From Candidatus Thorarchaeota archaeon (GTDB lineage: Archaea; Asgardarchaeota; Thorarchaeia; Thorarchaeales; Thorarchaeaceae), in assembly GCA_020348985.1 (NCBI GenBank), contig CP070761.1, forward strand, positions 2,891,006 through 2,955,005: DNA of 64,000 nt. Reading direction: 5' to 3'. The position numbers and the translations under genes are program-made. This document shows positions 10,024 to 18,366 of this stretch, piece after piece. The first letter of the stretch is position 1, and each line of letters starts with the position of its first letter. The notes under the pieces were generated by a model. The model was not told the origin of the DNA, searched no databases, and saw only the letters and a list, made by a program, of their open reading frames with translations.

Positions 10024-12030
10024 TCACTTGGCCTTCGAGTAGACTGCAAACTTCATGAAACTGAAGATGAGGAGCAAAAGCAGTATCGTCACTAACAGCA
10101 CGGGGGCGACAATGTCAATCCAGTGCACTTGCGGATCCCAATCAATGCCATCTGGAAGCCAATCAGCATCTGTGTCTGAGCTTATTGGAGACATACAGAA
10201 CTCGATTTCATACGCATCCGACCAACCGTCCTGGTCCGTGTCTGTCGACAGCGGATTGAGCTGGTTGAGAATCTCAAAGAAGTCACCGAGACCATCGCCA
10301 TCGGAGTCTGGCGACAATGGATTGAGTCCCGCTTCGATTTCAAACCCGTCCTCAAGGTTGTCGGAGTCAGTATCTGCACTCAGAGGATTTGTTCCGTAAG
10401 ACATCACTTCAAGGAAGTCACTTACGCCATCCGAGTCCGTATCTTGATTGGTAGGATCGGTTCCCAAGTCTCCTTCCAGGCCATCACTGAGACCGTCGAG
10501 ATCAGAGTCGTTATGAAGAAGACTTGATCCCCATTGGTACTCGATCGAGTCCGATGCACCATCTCCATCAGAATCTCCTTCATTGGGGTCCGTGCCAATT
10601 GAAATCTCGAAGTCATCAGCGAGACCATCACGGTCGGAGTCGCGTGAGTATAGGTTCGTCCCAATCAGAAGCTCAGTTGTATCAGGAATCGTATCTCCGT
10701 CACAGTCATTGACATAAGTTACCCTCAACTCGAAGACTGTGGCGTTGGGGCCCAGACTTGAGACATCTACTCTGTAACTGCCTAACTTCGCTGTAAGATA
10801 TTTCATCACTATTTCATGGTCAGCCTCTATTCTCTGATAGACTGTACTATTCGATGTGACATCTATGATAGAAGCCCTCAATGTGGCGTTGCCACTCCAA
10901 GTCACTGTTGCATTCACAAACCCCATGTATGTAAGTATGATATCTTGACTGGTGGTATTGCCAGTTTCCAAGCTGTTCCTCGCGTAGAAGGTTGGGGCCT
11001 CGCCCGCACCCAAGAGGCCAACATATGCAACAGCACAAGCTACTGAGGCAGCAAGGTCCTCGGCCTTTGCATAGCTGTATTGAGGATTATCCCAAGTATC
11101 GTCCTCTGTTCCACTGAAGAAATCATAGTAGTGCCCTTGAGAAATATGGAATGCAGGTCTTCCAACCTGCCACATCTCGTAGGCGGTCGAATGCTCGGCG
11201 ACCTCAAGATCAATCACTTCCTGTATCAGACCCGCACCATAATTACTCGAGAGTCCCATCATCATATCTGGGAACCACTGCCCATCTTGGTACAGCTCGA
11301 ATTCCGGTGAACTCCGAAGAGAGATTAGTTTCCCATAAGTGATGTCGGCTCTGTGGAAGAGTATACGATCAAATGAGAGCGTGGTAATTGTTTCGATGTC
11401 ATTGTCCTCGAACCAACCAGCAAGCGCTCTGGCCCCTGGATTGTAATCAAGATTGACATGAGCACCATTGATGAGAATGAAGTATACATCACATGAGAAT
11501 GAATAGTTGTTGAGAACTCTTGCTATCTCAAGAACGACTGCTGTGCTTGCGGCCGCGTCGTTTGCTCCCGTGTACCACCCTGAGTCAATCATCCCAGTAA
11601 TAGCAATCGCTGGAGCCGGACTCGGAAGTGTTCCACGTTTAATGGCAACTAGACTTCCGTAATCAGTGATGTTTTCAAACTGCAAGGCACCATCAGTCTT
11701 GTCTTGTAATGTCTGATTTGCCCAATCCCACGCAGCGGTCAGATTGTCGGACGGTGACATATCAGCGAAATTCCAGGTTCTCCGTGGATAGGTCTCTGAA
11801 AGGGTCCTTGTGAGGTTCCCTATTTCATATCGCGATACAGAGTCCCACAGGTCATCCCAAAGAGCTGTTACGTTGAGCCCAGACTGTGACGAAGGCGAGA
11901 AAGAGGCATCTGAAGGAACCGCCGAACGTAACTCTTGCAGACTAACAGTTGAAGTGGGTACTAGAAGGCCGATAAGCAATATTGCTGACACTGCAAACAA
12001 TGGAAGTCTCTTGGCAGTGATTCGACTCAC
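10024..12030 (-). CDS. Membrane-anchored M28-peptidase-like (degenerate) protein with TSP3-like Ca-binding repeats
   Basis: Signal peptide, M28-like GANDAAASTAVVLEIARVL, nine DxDxDG repeats and a C-terminal TM helix. Confidence 0.8.
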   Translation of the reverse strand: MSRITAKRLPLFAVSAILLIGLLVPTSTVSLQELRSAVPSDASFSPSSQSGLNVTALWDDLWDSVSRYEIGNLTRTLSETYPRRTWNFADMSPSDNLTAAWDWANQTLQDKTDGALQFENITDYGSLVAIKRGTLPSPAPAIAITGMIDSGWYTGANDAAASTAVVLEIARVLNNYSFSCDVYFILINGAHVNLDYNPGARALAGWFEDNDIETITTLSFDRILFHRADITYGKLISLRSSPEFELYQDGQWFPDMMMGLSSNYGAGLIQEVIDLEVAEHSTAYEMWQVGRPAFHISQGHYYDFFSGTEDDTWDNPQYSYAKAEDLAASVACAVAYVGLLGAGEAPTFYARNSLETGNTTSQDIILTYMGFVNATVTWSGNATLRASIIDVTSNSTVYQRIEADHEIVMKYLTAKLGSYRVDVSSLGPNATVFELRVTYVNDCDGDTIPDTTELLIGTNLYSRDSDRDGLADDFEISIGTDPNEGDSDGDGASDSIEYQWGSSLLHNDSDLDGLSDGLEGDLGTDPTNQDTDSDGVSDFLEVMSYGTNPLSADTDSDNLEDGFEIEAGLNPLSPDSDGDGLGDFFEILNQLNPLSTDTDQDGWSDAYEIEFCMSPISSDTDADWLPDGIDWDPQVHWIDIVAPVLLVTILLLLLIFSFMKFAVYSKAK
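10130..10707 (-). repeat. Nine ~22-aa D(S/T)DxDGLxDxxExxxGTxP repeats
   Basis: Counted in the translation from DCDGDTIPD to DTDADWLPD. Confidence 0.9.
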
Positions 12031-14036
12031 ATCAAATCACTCCTGTAGTAGGCTCGCCACTTGACGAAAAGCCAGATGACCAACAAGACTCCTGATGCTC
12101 CCAAGCCAACAACAGGTATCATGTACATCCAATGCTCCCGTGGTGCAACGTCTTCACCATCCGGAATACCATCTGAGTCAGAGTCAACGTCGAATGGTAG
12201 TAGGTTGTTCTCGATCTCGTACAGGTCATCCAACCCATCACCGTCAGTGTCGTTGACTAGTGCATTTAGCCCGTTGAGAATCTCGAACAAATCACTCAAG
12301 CCATCCCCATCGGTGTCAGTATTATTCGGATTCGTACCCAGTGTCACTTCGTAAATGTCAAGGAGACCATCGCCATCCGTGTCATTTGAAAGCGGATTGG
12401 TACCCAGGATCAATTCCTCTGGGTCTAGCAAGCCATCGTTATCTGAATCAGAACTGGTGGGGTCCATTCCAAGACTGATTTCAGTTCCGTCTCCAACACC
12501 GTCATTGTCTGAATCTTCAATCAGTGGGTCCGATCCCCATAGAATCTCAACTCCATCCCAGGCACCATCATCATCAGAATCGGGATCAATCGGACTCGTA
12601 CCGAGAGTGATTTCATCTGCGTCATCAAGGTAATCCATATCGGAATCGGCTGAAAGACTATCAGTGCCGTGAACGAACTCCTCCCAGTCGTCGAGTGTGT
12701 CTTGATCGAAGTCCTGCCAGTGTTGGAATGAGACCGTTCCAGAAACGCTCACATTGTCCAAGTTTACAACAAGGATTGTGAACATGCCAGGAGTAGTCAC
12801 TAGGTGACTGAGTGCTATTCTTGTCGCAGTCTCTGTAGAATCGTTGACTAATGCTCCGAGTGGCGAGAAGAGGTTCACATTGATTAGGACATCAGAAACC
12901 AAGTCAACAGTCACATTGACAATGGAATTGCCTGTAAGAGGCACAGACCATGTGATGTTCTCTCCTGGATTCATAGAGCCGGAAACGCTGAAGGATGGGA
13001 CCTCACCATTGCCAACCTGACCAAGAAACGCAGCCACACATGAAGCCACTCCGACCGCCTCTCGCACCTTGTCATATTCCCAATCCGGGACATCCCAATA
13101 GTCCTCATCGCTTCCCGTCCAGGGGTCAAAATATGATTGAGTGAATGATATGCCGGGGATGCCCCTTATCGATGCCTCATATGCCCCTGACATCGTCCAC
13201 AAATCACCCGGCTGATCGACGGCGAAGATACGAGACTGGCCGGAAGCTTGAGAAGACCACTGGGACAAGTCTCGTATGAACTCGTGACTATCATATGGTG
13301 CTTCTTCATGCCCAGTAGACAATACCACTGCATCTCCGTAATCTTCGTTGTTTTCGTACAACATTGTCGAGAACCAGAATAGCGCAGAGGGTACTACTTG
13401 CTGGGCGGCCATACTGTCTAGGAGCGCTTCAATTGCCAAGTTGCCGGGAACGAGAAGGTATCCTCTGTATCTCTCGGTAATTGTGTTGACCAGAACAAAG
13501 TAGACATCATTCGTCAGGTTGAGAGGATGGAGTATTCGCGCTGCCTCGAGAACTGCAGCCACAGAACCTCCAAAGTAATTTGCGCCTGGTGCCCATCTGC
13601 TGGATACTGTTCCGACTAGGAGAATAGGCGATCTGTAGGACTGAGTGCCGTTCTTGACTGCAACTAAAGTTTGGTACTCCGAGTGAAAGCGGAAGTAGGT
13701 CTCGCCAGATGTGTAGCCCAGAATCGTGTTATTGACGTAATCCCACGCTCTTACAAGTGCATTAGTCGGGAAGTTTTGCTCTGGGATCCAGACCCTCATC
13801 GGGTAGTCTTCTGAAAGGACTCTTACAATCTGCCGGATATTGTCCGTGTTAATACTAGAAAACAGGCTATCCCATGTTGCCTCTGGAGAGAATGTGGAGC
13901 TTGGAAGTGCAGTGGCATTGGAGACTGACTGGGTCTCGTGTGCCGAAGCTTCACGGACAGGTCCTGCACTATTAACAGGTACACACGCTGCTAGCAGGCA
14001 AACGAGCACAATGCACCTGACAAGACCCTGTCTCAT
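12027..14036 (-). CDS. Paralogous membrane-anchored M28-like (degenerate) TSP3-repeat protein
   Basis: Same architecture and nearly the same length (669 vs 668 aa), with GANYFGGSVAAVLEAARIL. Overlaps the downstream paralog by 4 nt. Confidence 0.8.
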   Translation of the reverse strand: MRQGLVRCIVLVCLLAACVPVNSAGPVREASAHETQSVSNATALPSSTFSPEATWDSLFSSINTDNIRQIVRVLSEDYPMRVWIPEQNFPTNALVRAWDYVNNTILGYTSGETYFRFHSEYQTLVAVKNGTQSYRSPILLVGTVSSRWAPGANYFGGSVAAVLEAARILHPLNLTNDVYFVLVNTITERYRGYLLVPGNLAIEALLDSMAAQQVVPSALFWFSTMLYENNEDYGDAVVLSTGHEEAPYDSHEFIRDLSQWSSQASGQSRIFAVDQPGDLWTMSGAYEASIRGIPGISFTQSYFDPWTGSDEDYWDVPDWEYDKVREAVGVASCVAAFLGQVGNGEVPSFSVSGSMNPGENITWSVPLTGNSIVNVTVDLVSDVLINVNLFSPLGALVNDSTETATRIALSHLVTTPGMFTILVVNLDNVSVSGTVSFQHWQDFDQDTLDDWEEFVHGTDSLSADSDMDYLDDADEITLGTSPIDPDSDDDGAWDGVEILWGSDPLIEDSDNDGVGDGTEISLGMDPTSSDSDNDGLLDPEELILGTNPLSNDTDGDGLLDIYEVTLGTNPNNTDTDGDGLSDLFEILNGLNALVNDTDGDGLDDLYEIENNLLPFDVDSDSDGIPDGEDVAPREHWMYMIPVVGLGASGVLLVIWLFVKWRAYYRSDLM
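12140..12713 (-). repeat. Nine 22-aa DxDxDG Ca-binding repeats
   Basis: Counted from DFDQDTLDD to DSDSDGIPD. Confidence 0.9.
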
Positions 14037-14109
14037 AGGGCCAAGAACACTCTTGCGCTTCAGTTATAGTTTGCCTTGTACGCCAAAAAAGTAGTCTCTG
14101 AAGAAGATC

Positions 14110-14607
14110 TCAGTCAGATTCGACCAGCTTGGAAACCGTTACAGCATCCTTCTCAACAATACTTGCAATCTGGTCGATTTCATCCGACATTAGAATCGGG
14201 GCCGGAGGATTGCGAAGAACCACTCCCCCTTCCCACTGGACAATCGCTCTAACGTTCTTTGGGATGTCTCCAAGACTGGCATTTCCGATGCACCACAGTT
14301 TTGGAAGGTCAGTCTGTTTCATTCCTTCAACGAGTATGAAATCCACATCCAGTTGTCTGGCAAGGGTTTCCAGCTGAAGTCTCCTGCTATGCTGAATGAT
14401 TGTACTGTTGGGTCCCAACAATATCGCAGGATCAGCCCCAGCATTTGCATGTTTCCAAGTGTCTGTTCCTGACTTTGGCGAAACGTCCTCATTCGCGCTC
14501 TTAATTGTGGCCACCTTATGCCCTCGTTCTATCAGGACTGGCACCAAGCGTTCAATGAGAGTGGTCTTGCCAGTGGATGAATAACCCGAAATCAGAAATA
14601 TGCGCAT
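14110..14607 (-). CDS. mobB: Molybdopterin-guanine dinucleotide biosynthesis protein B
   Basis: GYSSTGKTT, VATIK, GTDT.KH..AGA and DFILVEGMK motifs. Confidence 0.85.
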   Translation of the reverse strand: MRIFLISGYSSTGKTTLIERLVPVLIERGHKVATIKSANEDVSPKSGTDTWKHANAGADPAILLGPNSTIIQHSRRLQLETLARQLDVDFILVEGMKQTDLPKLWCIGNASLGDIPKNVRAIVQWEGGVVLRNPPAPILMSDEIDQIASIVEKDAVTVSKLVESD

Positions 14608-14678
14608 CACGGTTTCTTGCTCCAGTAGGAACCTTAAAAATCGGTTGTTGGTCGATTCCGATTCTCGGAGACTCCACC

Positions 14679-15458
14679 TTGAATAGTGATGATGATATAG
14701 CGGTTACATGCATTGACGTTTTCAGAGAGTTCGAAGACGGAACACGCATTATCAAGGTGTTGCGCGGAACTAACCTTACAGTCCGCAAGGGCGAGTTCAT
14801 CGCGATTGTGGGCGCGTCAGGAAGTGGGAAGACTACACTTCTCAATCTCATTGGCGGACTTGACACGCCTACTGACGGAACAATAATCGTTGACGGCATC
14901 AATTTGTCTGAATTGAACGATGACCAGATGTCGGAGATGCGTCGTCACAAAGTTGGTGTTCTGTTCCAGGACCAACATCTGCTACCAATCTTCACTGCAA
15001 TTGAGAATGTGCAAGTGCCTATGCTTCTTGATGAAATTCGCGCCGAGAAACGATACACTAGGTCTATGAAGCTTCTTGAAGACGTAGGTATCGACCACAG
15101 AGCCCATCATATGCCCCATGAACTCTCAGGCGGCATGCGCTCACGCGTGGCTCTTGCACGCGCACTGGCGAATGATCCTGCTGTGCTCCTTTGTGACGAA
15201 CCTACAGGAGATCTTGACCACAAGACAGGCGGCGAAATCATCCAACTGATGCGAGACTTGGCCAAGAAAGAGAATAGGGCTGTCTTGGTGGTGACGCATG
15301 ACCCGGAAGTCGCAAGGATGGCGGACAAAATCTTGCTTCTTCGCGATGGCATACTAGTGGAAGAACTGGTTACTGCATTCTTCAGGCGAAGCGGAGTGGA
15401 CGTTGAAACAAGGCGACCTGAAGACAGTCGTGGCGGGGATTTTGCCGCAGAGGGGTGA
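14679..15458 (+). CDS. ABC transporter ATP-binding protein (LolD/MacB type)
   Basis: GASGSGKTT, LSGGM, LCDEPTGDLD and VTHD motifs. TTG 14679 chosen to avoid overlap with mobB. Confidence 0.92.
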   Translation: MNSDDDIAVTCIDVFREFEDGTRIIKVLRGTNLTVRKGEFIAIVGASGSGKTTLLNLIGGLDTPTDGTIIVDGINLSELNDDQMSEMRRHKVGVLFQDQHLLPIFTAIENVQVPMLLDEIRAEKRYTRSMKLLEDVGIDHRAHHMPHELSGGMRSRVALARALANDPAVLLCDEPTGDLDHKTGGEIIQLMRDLAKKENRAVLVVTHDPEVARMADKILLLRDGILVEELVTAFFRRSGVDVETRRPEDSRGGDFAAEG

Positions 15459-15462
15459 AACA

Positions 15463-18354
15463 TTGACGCGGCGAAATGGGGGGAATCCTAGAATCGCCAA
15501 AGGTAGCCGTCTCTATGCATTTTCCTACGCACTGAGTTCTATGAAGTCTCATCCTTTCAGGGCTCTCAGTCTTGCACTGACTCTCAGCCTTGGCGTTTCG
15601 TTAATAGGCTCAGTCCTGATTTGGGCTGACACTGGCGTATCTGAGAGTGTGGACAATTACTTTGACACTAATGCGTTTCAGATGCTTGTGTCAAACCCGG
15701 CGGGAAGTACTCACCAAGTGGACTTGGCCCAATCATACGCATTGTCTAGCAACTTGGTTGAACGCGTATACAGAGTCAACTCCACGGTCGGACTTGTGTC
15801 CGGAACGCAATTACCTGACTCCACACAATACGGTCTCGACGAACCTATCTACACAGAAGATATGAAGGATTGCGAGGTAATCTTTGTCAACAATGATTTT
15901 CTAGATTACATCGCTCCTGAATTTGAATATGAGGGAGAGTTTCGATTATCTGAAGGCGAGGTTTTGGTCTCCTCCCAGTTCGTCATCTATTACCATCAGG
16001 TTTTTGACTTGGCAATCACAGTCAACTCAACCATCGATATTGAGCTGCTGACGCGTAGGCCCCAAGACATTGTGGGATATATTGGGAACATGAATCGTCA
16101 AAGCATTACATCACTGAGAGTCGTTGGGATCTATGATGTCGGTCCATACGGGTCTCTTCTTCAGACAGGATTTCCTTCTCGAATGAGATCAAACTACGAT
16201 TATCTCAACTACGACACTGCAGTCCTAGGAATACTGGACAGTGTTATGATCTTGTCAGAAGGCCTTGACCTACAAGATCTACCTGAAGTGGGTTTCTTTG
16301 GAGCAAGAACTTTCATCCGCGCCTCTGGTGAAGCTCTCATCGCGGCAGGGGTTGACAACATCGCCAGTAACCTTCTAACACTCAAGGCTCGCCTTGATGA
16401 ACAATATAGCGTCACTGTAGATGGTCTGTCTGAAATCTTGACTCTTCAGGATCTCGTTGATACCTATGCTAGCACAATGCCATTGGCTCTTCTCAATCTA
16501 CCAGTCTTCATCATAGCGCTATTCCTCTCTGTCTTTGCCGCCGACACGTTTATGGCCGCGAGAACAGTAGAAGTCAGCGCACTGCGCTCTAAGGGTGCTA
16601 GCTCCACTCAAGTGTACGGTATTTTTCTCTCAGAATCTGCCCTCATGGCATCCTTCAGTTTCATCATTGGAATAGTTCTCAGCGTTCTCTTTGCCCCCCT
16701 TATTCCATCTGCCATTTCATTCATGACCTTTGACTTGGAGATATACTCGTTCTTTCTCGAAAGGACGGTGCTCAAGATGGAAACGATAGTCTACAGCTTT
16801 CTGATCTGTATTCTTCCGCCTCTTCTCTTCATTCTCAACTCAGCGAGGAAGGCCGCAAACGCTGAGATTAGTTCAATTATGATGGAGACGTCCGAGACAC
16901 CCCCGACAGGTGGGGAGGCTCACGGATTCACTCTGGGGGCATCGGCTGTACTACTCTCAATGACTGTCGGTAGTGTAATCTTTCTCCCGAACGACCCCTT
17001 TGTTATGATTCTGGAGCTCATCTTTGGCACTGCCGCATGGTTCTTCCTTGCCTACAATGGGTCTCGATTCTCTCGAGTGGGCTTTGCAAGATTGACAGCC
17101 AAGCTCTCCTTCGTGCTCGGTGAGAAGAATCTTGTTGCAGCAGGGAATCTAAGAATGCGACGGGGTCGAATCGTCCCACTTATGGTTGTCCTAGCACTCA
17201 CTCTGTCATCAACGATTACATTCACAGTTCAAGCAGAGAGCTATCAATCAGATCTAGAGGCCGAGGTCAAGTACGCCTTGGGTGCCGACTTGCGAGTCGG
17301 CACTACTGGGCAGCCTTTCTCATTCAATGACACACTGGAGGCGTATCCCGGAGTGAACAGGGCCGTCCCCGTTCTCAGAACTTGGGGTCAGGTCGGAAAT
17401 GAGCGGATAACATTGGTAGCAACAGATGCAGTTGAGTATTCATTGATTGGGAATTTCCATGAGTCAAGCTTTTTCGGCGAATCTCCAAGCATTGTACTCT
17501 CAAGACTGGCGGCTGTGCCTAACGGCATAATTCTGAGTGCATATCATGCAGAAAGGTGGAATAAGACAATCGGAGACACATTGGGTCTAGATGCTGGTGG
17601 ACGTATTTCAACTGTTCAAGGAGATTTCGTTATCACAGGACTCGTATTCAGCGCTCCAGGGTTCGGATATGCAGCAGCCGCTGATATTCCTTCGGCAAGA
17701 CTTGGTGCGGGATTTGGGTTCCAATCAGCTTATTCTGGGTTTGCCATCACAAACCTGGGCTTTATGTCTCTCTTGACAGACAGGAGCAGTACTGACACCT
17801 TCCTAGCAGATATGGTTTGTGTAACAGATCAGGAGTTTCTACTTCGTGCATTGAGCGATCTGCCTGGAGTAACAGCGACCACCCCAGAACACTTCGATCT
17901 GAGAGGCTTCTCATTTGGGACCGCACTATTCCTGAGCACCATAGAAGGTCTGTTTTCGATTGGATTCGCTATGTCTTTGATATTGAGCTTGTTTGCGCTT
18001 ACCCTCTTTCTCGGCTCTATAGTTAGGGAACGCCGACGGGACTATGCCATACTTCGTGCGGTAGGTGGCTCAAGACAGCAAGTAGTGAACATGGTTCTCT
18101 CAGAGTTCACCGGAATTGTATTTGCCTCATTGACCCTCAGCCTTGTGTTAGGCACCATTTTCGGCTTCGTGATGAGCACCGTAGTCTTCTCTCTGAGTCC
18201 ATTTGCAAGAACTCTGCAGGCGGCGATAACTTTCCCGATTGGGTTCTTGACTGGGGTACTGCTTATTGAAGTCCTTGCCATGATAATGGGGGCATACTTG
18301 CCTGCACGTGAGGCATCAAAAACGGATCCCGCAATAGTATTGAGGAACCTGTGA
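15463..18354 (+). CDS. FtsX/MacB-type ABC permease (two FtsX modules)
   Basis: RTVEVSALRSKGAS and ERRRDYAILRAVGGS motifs, two large extracytoplasmic loops, ends DPAIVLRNL. TTG start with GGGGTGA upstream. Confidence 0.88.
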   Translation: MTRRNGGNPRIAKGSRLYAFSYALSSMKSHPFRALSLALTLSLGVSLIGSVLIWADTGVSESVDNYFDTNAFQMLVSNPAGSTHQVDLAQSYALSSNLVERVYRVNSTVGLVSGTQLPDSTQYGLDEPIYTEDMKDCEVIFVNNDFLDYIAPEFEYEGEFRLSEGEVLVSSQFVIYYHQVFDLAITVNSTIDIELLTRRPQDIVGYIGNMNRQSITSLRVVGIYDVGPYGSLLQTGFPSRMRSNYDYLNYDTAVLGILDSVMILSEGLDLQDLPEVGFFGARTFIRASGEALIAAGVDNIASNLLTLKARLDEQYSVTVDGLSEILTLQDLVDTYASTMPLALLNLPVFIIALFLSVFAADTFMAARTVEVSALRSKGASSTQVYGIFLSESALMASFSFIIGIVLSVLFAPLIPSAISFMTFDLEIYSFFLERTVLKMETIVYSFLICILPPLLFILNSARKAANAEISSIMMETSETPPTGGEAHGFTLGASAVLLSMTVGSVIFLPNDPFVMILELIFGTAAWFFLAYNGSRFSRVGFARLTAKLSFVLGEKNLVAAGNLRMRRGRIVPLMVVLALTLSSTITFTVQAESYQSDLEAEVKYALGADLRVGTTGQPFSFNDTLEAYPGVNRAVPVLRTWGQVGNERITLVATDAVEYSLIGNFHESSFFGESPSIVLSRLAAVPNGIILSAYHAERWNKTIGDTLGLDAGGRISTVQGDFVITGLVFSAPGFGYAAAADIPSARLGAGFGFQSAYSGFAITNLGFMSLLTDRSSTDTFLADMVCVTDQEFLLRALSDLPGVTATTPEHFDLRGFSFGTALFLSTIEGLFSIGFAMSLILSLFALTLFLGSIVRERRRDYAILRAVGGSRQQVVNMVLSEFTGIVFASLTLSLVLGTIFGFVMSTVVFSLSPFARTLQAAITFPIGFLTGVLLIEVLAMIMGAYLPAREASKTDPAIVLRNL

Positions 18355-18366
18355 GGAAACAACGCC

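Noticed and set aside
10130-12713. Periodic sequence as a possible CRISPR array or DNA tandem repeat
   Set aside because: The periodicity is at the protein level (DxDxDG repeats) with degenerate codons. There are no identical DNA repeats with spacers and no cas genes.
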